A stretch of DNA of 64,000 bases from Bacteroidia bacterium (GTDB taxonomy: Bacteria > Bacteroidota > Bacteroidia > NS11-12g > UBA955), in the NCBI GenBank assembly GCA_023653095.1, contig JAMNXP010000002.1, positions 80,910 to 144,909 of the forward strand, given 5' to 3'. The notes beneath the pieces were generated by a model, which was not told the origin of the DNA, ran no database searches, and was given only the letters and a program-made list of their open reading frames with translations. This document shows, piece by piece, positions 35,787 through 44,343 of the stretch; positions within the stretch are counted from its first letter, which is position 1; each line of letters opens with the position of its first letter. Made by a program: the position numbers and the translations under genes.

Positions 35787-37196
35787 ATGGGAAAACTGAC
35801 CGTCAGAATCTCGAAAGCAAAGAACATCTCATTCATGAGATTGTCTTTATTTTACTTGATTTTCATTGTACAAATCTTCTTTACCTCTCCTGGAATGTAT
35901 GTTTTGCAGTATCCAGATGTTCAGGAGTCGCAGAAAATGGTGAACGAACGTTTACTATCGGAGTTGAATGTATTCAAACCAAAAGTACCTGAGCATGTAG
36001 AACTCAAAAAAGCGACATTGCAGTGTCTTACTTCTTTGGAAGATGTGAAGAAAGCTTATTACGCATATGAAAAAGAAGCAAGTATTTCTGGTGACCGACT
36101 CAGAGAAAGTAAGTTTGCTGAACAGCAAATACGCAACGGTAAATGGGGTCCAATCATTGAAAGAACTCTAAATGACTTTATCAAGAATTATAATAAGGTT
36201 GGTAATAAGAATCTAAAGGAAGAGTTTATTTCATTGGAAGACAGTAAAGGCATCGAATTTGATGGATTGTACTACTTCTTTAAGGGTACACCCAACGGTG
36301 TTATACCTTCGGTGATTGAACATTTTAAAACCGTAATGCTTTATCATTCCATTTTGGCAATGAAAAAGAAAGAATCTGAACTTCCTAAGTTTGAGATTTT
36401 AACCCTAGACGAGACTGATTTCATCCAAAAGTTCAAGAAGAATTTGATTTTAGGCGAACCCCTCGATTTGATTATTCGTCCCAAAGAAATTGGAAAAAGA
36501 CCAATAGTAAAGATCAATGGTTCTCCAATTAAAGTAGATTCATTAAGTTCTTCTGATTTTAAGATGTACTTTTTACCGCCTGCGGTAGGTGATTACGCAT
36601 TGGAAGTAATGTCGAACGACAAAAGATTGTTTGCATCGTTCAAGGTGGTGCCACCTTCGTTTAGATTCATCAACTCTGCAAGTTCGGTTTCTGGTTTCGT
36701 GGGAGACCCACTATATGTTACATTAGATAGCGGATACGTCCCCAAAGGAAAATACATCACTTTTTCTTCAAAAGTGGCAAAGGTTGAGCGTAAAGGTTGG
36801 AAATTGACCATTACACCTGAGAGAGAAGGGATTTTTGTTGTGCAAATGTTTGATAATGGCAAGTTTATGGATCAATCAGAATTTGTTGCAACTGTTAAAC
36901 CTGAGGAAGAAGTTGTTTTGATGGATATCAGTGGTAATTCCGTTGACTTGAGTCAAGCCAATAAATTAGAAGCGAAAAATACGTTTTGGCAAGTGGTAGA
37001 TTTCGATATGAGTGTAACACATCCTAATGGATTTTCAAAAAGAACACACAGCTCTACGCGTTTCTTACGGAATGACTTGAGAGAACTAGAATCATCAGCT
37101 CCAGCGGGCAGTGTTTTGATTTTCGACAATATCCGCTTGGTAGGTCAGACGGATGGTGTGGTAACAAAAGGTAGGCCGGTAATAATTATTAAGTAA
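35787..37196 (+). CDS. GldM/PorM-like bitopic protein, paralogue 1 (469 aa)
   Basis: N-terminus MGKLTVRISKAKNISFMRLSLFYLIFIV: a single TM helix opening with Arg18 (codon 35838-35840), then a helical K/E-rich region followed by beta-rich regions like the GldM D1 and D2-D4 domains. It shares the MGxxxVRxxKAK N-terminal motif with the next gene. Confidence 0.5.
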   Translation: MGKLTVRISKAKNISFMRLSLFYLIFIVQIFFTSPGMYVLQYPDVQESQKMVNERLLSELNVFKPKVPEHVELKKATLQCLTSLEDVKKAYYAYEKEASISGDRLRESKFAEQQIRNGKWGPIIERTLNDFIKNYNKVGNKNLKEEFISLEDSKGIEFDGLYYFFKGTPNGVIPSVIEHFKTVMLYHSILAMKKKESELPKFEILTLDETDFIQKFKKNLILGEPLDLIIRPKEIGKRPIVKINGSPIKVDSLSSSDFKMYFLPPAVGDYALEVMSNDKRLFASFKVVPPSFRFINSASSVSGFVGDPLYVTLDSGYVPKGKYITFSSKVAKVERKGWKLTITPEREGIFVVQMFDNGKFMDQSEFVATVKPEEEVVLMDISGNSVDLSQANKLEAKNTFWQVVDFDMSVTHPNGFSKRTHSSTRFLRNDLRELESSAPAGSVLIFDNIRLVGQTDGVVTKGRPVIIIK

Positions 37197-37197
37197 C

Positions 37198-38568
37198 ATG
37201 GGAAATTTTGTTAGAGTAAAAAAAGCCAAGGTTCTGCGTTTTCAATTGATAAGCGTTATGTACTTGTTATTTATCTCGCTATCCATATTGCAAATCCCCA
37301 TTGATTGGTTGAGAACAAACATCAATATGGCTCAGTATATAAATAATTCCACGTCTGTTGAGATGGATAATAAGCAGATTATCGCTGTTTATGACGAGAT
37401 AGAGACTATTGAGAAGGAGTTTTACAAAGAAGTGGGTTACGATTTAGATAGGAAAATCTACAAAGATCCAGACAGTTATAGCGGAACAGATATGTATTTT
37501 ATCCGTTGGAAGAAAGGTTATAAGTTGTTTAACAAAATTGTAGAACTGAAAAAGTATCATTTATCCCTTCCAGATAACAATCCCAAAAAGGCTGAGTTCA
37601 AAAAGTTATTTGCTGACGATTTGAAAAATGGGTTAGAAGCAGAAAAGGCAACGCTTTGGGTAGAGTGGAAGTTTAAGCACGTACCTGCTGGTGTAGTGGT
37701 TACTTGGTTGGCAGATTTGAAATTGAGAATGAAACTGTTAAACGGTGGAATAATTCTTAAGGAAGAGCAAAATGCTGATTATTTGGTGCTTATGGCTTAC
37801 AACATGGAAGCGGTTCGTCCAGGAGACACGGTTAGAATTGTGGTTTTCAATCATGAGGAAATGCAGGTAAGTGCCACTGAAAACGACAAAGTGTTTGATT
37901 TAAAAGATTGGCATGGAGATACCTTGTTTTTTGTACCAAAATATGTGGGTATCTACAATTTGAGTTTCAAAAAGAATGGGGTTGAGGAGAACTTAAAAGT
38001 GACTTCGATTGCCAAGACTTTTGAACGCGAGAAAGATAACAAATACAACATTTTTTACGAAGGAAAACCAGCGGAACTGCATTATGTGAATTTGTTAAAT
38101 CCAGCAGGTATTAGCTGTGATTGTGATCCAAATATTGCCATGAATAGAAGCAGTAACAAGGTAACATTTACGCCGCAAAAGTCTGGTTGGTGCAGTTTTG
38201 TGATCAACAATAAAGACGGTAGAGCGCTTTTGAGGGACTCAATTTATGTTCAAAAGATACCTGAGCCCTTTCTTTATGCCGAGGGAAGTAGCGGAAGTGT
38301 AATGTCAAGAACGCGTCTAAAAGCTGATGGCTTTGTGTATATTTATGGAACACATCCTGATTTACAAAAGTTTAAATATTCGTTATCAAACATTAAGTAT
38401 CGTTTGGTAGGTGCTACGAATGAGGTAATGAGTTCTTCGGGTAGTAAACTTTCTTTGACAGCAGATCAAGTTGACAAAGTAAAGTATATTGTGGTTCAAG
38501 GTGCCGATATCAATACAGGTTCTAAGGGAATGGTTTTTGAGAAGCCATTAGTAATTCAAATTAAGTAA
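37198..38568 (+). CDS. GldM/PorM-like bitopic protein, paralogue 2 (456 aa)
   Basis: N-terminus MGNFVRVKKAKVLRFQLISVMYLLFISLSIL matches the GldM N-terminal pattern R-QKMINLMYLVF. Arg14 (codon 37237-37239) sits 7 residues before MYL, exactly as GldM Arg9 sits before M16-Y17-L18. Helical region then beta-rich periplasmic region. A 1-nt gap separates it from paralogue 1. Confidence 0.55.
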   Translation: MGNFVRVKKAKVLRFQLISVMYLLFISLSILQIPIDWLRTNINMAQYINNSTSVEMDNKQIIAVYDEIETIEKEFYKEVGYDLDRKIYKDPDSYSGTDMYFIRWKKGYKLFNKIVELKKYHLSLPDNNPKKAEFKKLFADDLKNGLEAEKATLWVEWKFKHVPAGVVVTWLADLKLRMKLLNGGIILKEEQNADYLVLMAYNMEAVRPGDTVRIVVFNHEEMQVSATENDKVFDLKDWHGDTLFFVPKYVGIYNLSFKKNGVEENLKVTSIAKTFEREKDNKYNIFYEGKPAELHYVNLLNPAGISCDCDPNIAMNRSSNKVTFTPQKSGWCSFVINNKDGRALLRDSIYVQKIPEPFLYAEGSSGSVMSRTRLKADGFVYIYGTHPDLQKFKYSLSNIKYRLVGATNEVMSSSGSKLSLTADQVDKVKYIVVQGADINTGSKGMVFEKPLVIQIK

Positions 38569-38574
38569 TCAACA

Positions 38575-40782
38575 ATGAGAAATATATTTCATACCTTTTC
38601 AACTATTTTAGCCTTGGCATCATTTTCGATGCTCCAAGCGCAGTCTAGCGAAGTGGTGATATCTGGCACACGGGTGGTAGATTCTTCGGAAACTTTTAGC
38701 GTAAAGCCCGGTCAAACATTGATTTTTGAGGAAGGCGCGCGTTTGTTGGTATTTGGTGGCCTAAATATCAAGGGTACACAAGATAATCCAACAAAAATCA
38801 TCTCACGCAACGCTGAAACCCCTGGTCTGGGTATTGTCATTGCAGATAATAAATCTAGAAATCAGGATGTCATTGTTGAGAATGCCGAAGTATCAGGATT
38901 GGTTCAGGCCCTCCGATTTGATCCTTTTTGGTACAGGAAGTCGGTGCGTATTAATAACGTGAAGTTCTCAGGTATTGATTCTAGGGAGCCTTTGATTTAT
39001 GCATCTTCGCCTCTGTTAGATTTGAGAGATAATAAGAGTATTGATTTTCAAATCACCAATTCACGATTCTTTAATAATACGGGTAATGTAATTCTTGAAA
39101 AAGTGGGTTCATTGGGAATCAAATATACTCTTGATAAATTGACTTTCAACGACAATACCTTGAAAGGAGATAATGCATCTATGGGAATTCTTCATTTAGA
39201 TTTTGCTCGCACGGTAATTGCTGATGAAGTTTTATTGGGTGATTTGACTTTTGTGAACAACAAGGCAGGAGATAAGAACATAGGTCTTTCGGTTAGCGGC
39301 GGATCTGGTGTTCCTGTTAATATTCCAACAGGAAAAGTATTTTCAAATGCCTCTGGTACTCAAGTCATTTTTGATAACCGTCGCGATCCACGTTTGCCTA
39401 AAATTGGTGCAAATGAGACATCCAGCCTGAAGGAAAAAGGAGGCGATGAAATCTTCATCACTGGAGCAACTCACAAATTTGGCCGTTTAGCCCTAGAAGT
39501 TGTTGGTCAACCTAAGATTGTTGAAATTAAAGATTCTTTTGGTAGAGCGGTTTTCATCAATCAAAACCTTGTAGGTGATAGCTTAATTGCCACTTATTTA
39601 GAAGGTAATCCGGTTACTTTAACCTTACAAAACGGATTGAAATACAATGTGCCTCAGTTAACTGCGGCGCAACTACCTCCACCTTTATATAGAAGGGTAG
39701 ATACTACGTTAATTAGTCCCGAGTGGCCTGATACCACTTTGAAAGCAAAAGTGGGATTTATGATTATTATTCCGATGTTCCATAATCCCAAAGAAATCGA
39801 GAAATTGAAAACTTGGGAATTCGGTTTTTGGGGCGGTGGATCTATTTATGGGGGCGGTGATATTGCGTACAAGGGCTGGCCAATACCTTCCACAATAGAA
39901 ATTAGCGGTGGTGGTTATGCACAGTATAATCTAACCAATGCGTTTTCATTAAAGTCAAATATTTACCGATCAACGGTTTCGGTGCACAATCTTTGGGCAC
40001 AAGGTCTCCTATCTGGTGGAAAGGTCCCATTGGTTACCGATACGGCTGGTAATAAAATTCAACCATATCCTAATTCTTGGCCAATGATGTTTGTCACTCC
40101 AATGACGGTTCTGGACGTAGAAGGACTATGGCATATAGGTAAGTACAGTTTTAAGCCCGGTCAAAAAGGAAAGTTTGTGAATTCAATGGGAATTAGCTTG
40201 GGAGTATTCACATACACGCCATACAGAATAGCATACCGTAATCAAAAAAATGATGAGTCTGACGCCGCCTATAAAGCGCGTTTGTGGAGTGAGGAGAGAG
40301 TGAATTTGAGGGAGCTGGGTTTGGAAGGACAAAACTTCCTCGAGAACAGTAAACCATATGGTAAATTCTCTATGAATGTTGGACTTTCTTGGCAATTGGC
40401 ATACATCAGAAAACGTTGGGCCTTCAAAGGTGAAGCAAAAGCGGTTTACACCTTTACCGATTATTTAGATGATTATGGTCCTGGTTTATGGTATGGCGGT
40501 GATTATGATGCTTGGTTGCAAAGCGTAAAAGACAATCCAACCTATGCCCAAGATCCTACATTCTTCGCAAATGGAGATCTGAATCAGCCATTGGCAAAAT
40601 TATACAAAACCTCAGGCGGTTCAACCACTCACACTGTGATTTCCCCTAACGCCGCTCGTTCTACCAATGGTGTCAACGACTGGTACTATCAAGCTCATAT
40701 GGGACTTTCATACAGACTACAGAAGAAGGATGAGAAACCCAAGATTGAGACTCTAAAAGAGAAAGAATCAAAGAAGAACTAA
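38575..40782 (+). CDS. Secreted hypothetical protein with N-terminal parallel beta-helix-like repeats (last gene of operon)
   Basis: Signal peptide MRNIFHTFSTILALASFSMLQAQ. Repetitive Asn/Gly-rich beta-solenoid-like segments (NNTGNVILEKVG.., NDNTLKGDNASMG.., FVNNKAGDKNIGLS..). The C-terminal half is rich in aromatics and Gly. A 6-nt gap separates it from the upstream gene. Confidence 0.45.
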   Translation: MRNIFHTFSTILALASFSMLQAQSSEVVISGTRVVDSSETFSVKPGQTLIFEEGARLLVFGGLNIKGTQDNPTKIISRNAETPGLGIVIADNKSRNQDVIVENAEVSGLVQALRFDPFWYRKSVRINNVKFSGIDSREPLIYASSPLLDLRDNKSIDFQITNSRFFNNTGNVILEKVGSLGIKYTLDKLTFNDNTLKGDNASMGILHLDFARTVIADEVLLGDLTFVNNKAGDKNIGLSVSGGSGVPVNIPTGKVFSNASGTQVIFDNRRDPRLPKIGANETSSLKEKGGDEIFITGATHKFGRLALEVVGQPKIVEIKDSFGRAVFINQNLVGDSLIATYLEGNPVTLTLQNGLKYNVPQLTAAQLPPPLYRRVDTTLISPEWPDTTLKAKVGFMIIIPMFHNPKEIEKLKTWEFGFWGGGSIYGGGDIAYKGWPIPSTIEISGGGYAQYNLTNAFSLKSNIYRSTVSVHNLWAQGLLSGGKVPLVTDTAGNKIQPYPNSWPMMFVTPMTVLDVEGLWHIGKYSFKPGQKGKFVNSMGISLGVFTYTPYRIAYRNQKNDESDAAYKARLWSEERVNLRELGLEGQNFLENSKPYGKFSMNVGLSWQLAYIRKRWAFKGEAKAVYTFTDYLDDYGPGLWYGGDYDAWLQSVKDNPTYAQDPTFFANGDLNQPLAKLYKTSGGSTTHTVISPNAARSTNGVNDWYYQAHMGLSYRLQKKDEKPKIETLKEKESKKN

Positions 40783-40789
40783 ATACGGA

Positions 40790-40812
40790 AGGCCCCAAAT
40801 GGGGCCTTTTTT
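40790..40812 (+). terminator. Rho-independent terminator ending the five-gene operon
   Basis: AGGCCCC aaat GGGGCCT perfect 7-bp GC stem followed by TTTTTT. Confidence 0.85.
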
Positions 40813-40813
40813 A

Positions 40814-40846
40814 TTGATGAAATCACCAATAAATCACCTAAATTTG
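40814..40846 (+). promoter_or_regulatory. Candidate Bacteroidota promoter for sucB (TTG-N22-TAaaTTTG)
   Basis: TTG at 40814-40816 and TAAATTTG at 40839-40846, with the ATG at 40868. Spacing matches the -33/-7 consensus. Confidence 0.4.
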
Positions 40847-40867
40847 CTGAAATTTTAGTGCAATATC

Positions 40868-42154
40868 ATGGCCATAGAAATCATTGTTCCAGCTCCCGGA
40901 GAATCTGTTAGTGAAGTTACCATCGCCAATTGGTTGGTTAAAGAAGGCGATTGGGTTGAAATGGATGCACCACTCGCAGAATTCGAAAGCGACAAAGCAA
41001 CCTTTGAGGTGAATGCAGAAAAAGCCGGTGTAGTGGAAAAGCTGATTGGCAATATTGGCGATACCATCGCGGTGAATAACGTAATTGCTTTGATAAATAC
41101 CGAAGCAGCTAGACCTGAAAATGCAGCTCCAGAAGCTCCTGTTGTGTCAAAGACTGAAGTAGCACCGGTTGCATCTCCCGCTCCAAGTGCAAAAGTGGAG
41201 AGCGCGAAATCTGAATCTTCTTCGGCCGTTAAAACGTCCCCCGAAAACAACGCAGATGCAAATGCATCGCCTGTGGCATTGCAGTTGCTGAATGAATATG
41301 GCATTAGTGCGAGTCTGGTTCAAGGGTCTGGGTCGAATGGTAAAATTACGAAAGTGGATGCGCTTGAGGCCATTGTAAAGTTGGGTGGAACCAAGAAAGT
41401 AGAAGCTAATAATTATTCTCAAACCAATCGCGAGCCGCGCCGCGAGAAAATGTCAAATCTCCGTAAAACGGTAGCTAGACGTTTGGTTGCAGCAAAAAAT
41501 GAAACCGCTATGTTGACTACCTTTAATGAGGTGAACATGAAGCCGGTGATGGATTTGAGAACTCAGTATAAAGATAAATTCAAAGAAGAATTTGGGGTGA
41601 ACTTGGGCTTTATGAGTTTCTTCACAAGAGCCGTTTGTATTGCTCTGAAAGATTGGCCAGCTGTAAATGCGAGCATCGAAGGTGAAGAAATTGTTTATCA
41701 TGATTATTGCGATGTTTCTATTGCGGTAAGTGCGCCTAAAGGACTTGTTGTGCCCGTGATTCGCAGCGCTGAAACGTTGAGTCTTCAGGAAATTGAGAAA
41801 GAAGTTAAGCGTTTGGCAACTAGAGCCCGCGATAATAAGTTAAGCATTGATGAAATGACCGGAGGTACTTTCACTATTACGAATGGTGGTGTTTTTGGAT
41901 CAATGATGAGTACTCCAATCATTAACCCTCCTCAGAGTGGTATTTTAGGAATGCACAACATTGTGGAGAGACCGGTTGTAGAAAAAGGTGAAATAGTCAT
42001 CAGACCTATGATGTACTTGGCTTTGAGTTACGATCACAGAATTATTGACGGACGTGAAAGCGTGAGCTTCTTAGTAAGAGTGAAAAACTTACTAGAGAAC
42101 CCTGAAATGCTTTTCGACGGTAAACGTCCCGAAGAACGCGTACTAGGATTATAA
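40868..42154 (+). CDS. sucB: Dihydrolipoyllysine-residue succinyltransferase, E2 component of 2-oxoglutarate dehydrogenase
   Basis: N-terminal lipoyl domain (..[11 protein letters not shown]..), an Ala/Pro linker, and a catalytic domain ending [34 protein letters not shown], very close to E. coli SucB. Confidence 0.8.
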   Translation: MAIEIIVPAPGESVSEVTIANWLVKEGDWVEMDAPLAEFESDKATFEVNAEKAGVVEKLIGNIGDTIAVNNVIALINTEAARPENAAPEAPVVSKTEVAPVASPAPSAKVESAKSESSSAVKTSPENNADANASPVALQLLNEYGISASLVQGSGSNGKITKVDALEAIVKLGGTKKVEANNYSQTNREPRREKMSNLRKTVARRLVAAKNETAMLTTFNEVNMKPVMDLRTQYKDKFKEEFGVNLGFMSFFTRAVCIALKDWPAVNASIEGEEIVYHDYCDVSIAVSAPKGLVVPVIRSAETLSLQEIEKEVKRLATRARDNKLSIDEMTGGTFTITNGGVFGSMMSTPIINPPQSGILGMHNIVERPVVEKGEIVIRPMMYLALSYDHRIIDGRESVSFLVRVKNLLENPEMLFDGKRPEERVLGL

Positions 42155-43014
42155 TGCACAATCACGACCACCACGACCATCACATCGAGATGGGCAAGAA
42201 GTTTCTTGTGGGGGTAGTGCTGAATCTTTCTTTTGTTTTTGTTGAGTTTTTCTATGGATGGAAAGTTCAATCTATTTCTCTATTTGCGGATGCTTGGCAT
42301 AATTTATCTGATGTTGCTGGTCTGATTATTAGTTGGGTGGCATTCAGCATGGCTACCAAGAAACCCACAGAGAATTATACGTATGGCTATTCTAAAGGAA
42401 CCATTTTGGCGTCTTTGGCCAATTGCATGTTGCTGTTCATTGCAGTTTACGTAATGGGTGCTGATGCTATACACCGGCTCGGGAATCCTCAGCCAGTGGA
42501 AACAGGTACCATTATGTGGGTAGCAGGTATGGGGGTTGTTGTGAATACGGTTACGGCATTGCTGTTTATGAGCAGCAATGAATTGAACAATAGGGCGGCA
42601 TTCTTGCACATGGCTGCTGATGCTTTGGTATCGGTTGCTGTTGTTGCCGGGGGGTGGTTTATGTCAATGGGTGCTCCGGAGTGGATTGATCCTGCTTTGG
42701 GTTTGATCATTTGTTTGGTGATTTTATGGGGGACATTAAAATTATTCAGTAGTAGTTTAAGATTGAGTTTGGATGGGGTTCCTGAGGGACTTGATATCCA
42801 TCAAGTTTCAAATGAGCTGTTGTCGATTCCAGGTTTGGAGAGAATTGAAAATATGCACATTTGGGCCATCAGCACCACCCGAAGCGCGTTTACGGCTACG
42901 CTTGAAATAAGGACTGACAGGTCTCAAGAAATTGAAAGTATAAAAGATCAAGCGCGGGAAATATTGAAGGGACATCGGATTCAACACACTACTTTAGAGA
43001 CCTTGTTGGTATAA
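42154..43014 (+). CDS. Cation diffusion facilitator (CDF) family divalent-metal efflux transporter
   Basis: His-rich N-terminus [10 protein letters not shown], six TM helices, and the CDF signature region. The TAATG overlaps the sucB stop. Confidence 0.85.
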   Translation: MHNHDHHDHHIEMGKKFLVGVVLNLSFVFVEFFYGWKVQSISLFADAWHNLSDVAGLIISWVAFSMATKKPTENYTYGYSKGTILASLANCMLLFIAVYVMGADAIHRLGNPQPVETGTIMWVAGMGVVVNTVTALLFMSSNELNNRAAFLHMAADALVSVAVVAGGWFMSMGAPEWIDPALGLIICLVILWGTLKLFSSSLRLSLDGVPEGLDIHQVSNELLSIPGLERIENMHIWAISTTRSAFTATLEIRTDRSQEIESIKDQAREILKGHRIQHTTLETLLV

Positions 43015-43051
43015 GTTTATTTTTTTAACTTCTCTTTCGTGAAAATGGAAA

Positions 43052-44311
43052 GTGATGAAAGAGGAAGTGTTGCATCGGTTTTGGAACCCGAAGTTTTTGG
43101 GGCAAAATACCTTTAAATTGGTTGGGAATCAACTTTTAGAAGTTCAGTTTTTTGGGGACTTGAATCTGCTTCAAGGCCCTGATTTTAAGGACTTTAGGGC
43201 AAAAATTGACGGGCAGTTATTTGCTGGATTTATGGAGATGCATTTGTTGTCGAGCGATTGGTTAAAACATCAGCATTATGTAGATCCTAAGTATGATAAT
43301 GTAGTGTTGCATGTGGTATGGGAAGATGATTTGAAATTGAATCCCATTCGCAATAAAGAGGGGCAAATTCTGCCCACGTTGGAATTGTCAAGGTATTTTT
43401 CGAAAAAAGATTTGCAAAATGTGCAAATGGAAAAGGTCGGTCATTTGCTGTGTGAGTACCGAATTATTGCCGAAAGAAATTTAAATGAAATCAATGAAAT
43501 TATCGAGATTCAAAAAAAGCGAGCCGTATTAACGAAGTTAGAAATACAGAAAAAGAAAATTCATGATATATTGGAATATACCCAATACGATTGGGAGCAA
43601 ACAGCTTGGATCTGGCTAGGTTCATATTGGGTGGATCCGCAGAATAGATTATCGGCTGAGCGGGTATTCAGGACTATGTCTTTAAATAAGATGAAACGAG
43701 GGAAATGGGAAGATGTGTTGGTAGAGATTTTGTATCGGTTTGGGCTGTTTGAAGCAACGCCAGATTTGCCCATTTTCAGACAGATAATTCCTATGGTTCA
43801 AAGCAGATTGAAGTATTTGGAGGAGCACCTGAGAGATGAACGTGAGTTACTTCCTTGGTATCATGGAAAGGTGCGGTATCATAATTATCCGTTGGTGAAG
43901 TTCATACAATATTTATCTTTTGTGGCGCATTTGGATGGTGATTTGACGGAGTTGTTTCGGAATTTGGATTCATGGAGCAAATTGGGAAAGAGTTATCAGG
44001 TGATAGATTATAAATTCGGGTTTTCGAAGTTGGCGTCAGATCAAGTGTCTAGAATTGCGGTTAATGCGTGGCTGCCCTTATTGTTGGTATATAGAGATCA
44101 TAAAGGTGAATCAATTGGGGAGTGTCAGATCTTTGATTTGATGCGAATTTGGAAGCCAGAGATGAATGGTATAGTTAAGAAATTTAATAACATAGATAGA
44201 GTTCCATTGGATGCGTTTGATAGTTTTTCACGAATATCGATGTGGCAGAATTGGTGTAGTGTCAAAAAATGCAGTAATTGTGAAATTGGCAAATCACTTT
44301 GGAACGTATAA
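43052..44311 (+). CDS. Conserved hypothetical protein (DUF2851-like)
   Basis: N-terminus MMKEEVLHRFWNPKFLG... resembles the Bacteroidota DUF2851 family N-terminus (recollection). 419 aa. Confidence 0.45.
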   Translation: MMKEEVLHRFWNPKFLGQNTFKLVGNQLLEVQFFGDLNLLQGPDFKDFRAKIDGQLFAGFMEMHLLSSDWLKHQHYVDPKYDNVVLHVVWEDDLKLNPIRNKEGQILPTLELSRYFSKKDLQNVQMEKVGHLLCEYRIIAERNLNEINEIIEIQKKRAVLTKLEIQKKKIHDILEYTQYDWEQTAWIWLGSYWVDPQNRLSAERVFRTMSLNKMKRGKWEDVLVEILYRFGLFEATPDLPIFRQIIPMVQSRLKYLEEHLRDERELLPWYHGKVRYHNYPLVKFIQYLSFVAHLDGDLTELFRNLDSWSKLGKSYQVIDYKFGFSKLASDQVSRIAVNAWLPLLLVYRDHKGESIGECQIFDLMRIWKPEMNGIVKKFNNIDRVPLDAFDSFSRISMWQNWCSVKKCSNCEIGKSLWNV

Positions 44312-44327
44312 ACTGATATTTTGCCCT

Positions 44328-44335
44328 TAAATTTG
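44328..44335 (+). promoter_or_regulatory. Candidate -7 box TAaaTTTG upstream of lhgO
   Basis: TAnnTTTG match 9 nt upstream of ATG 44344. Confidence 0.25.
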
Positions 44336-44343
44336 TAGAAATC

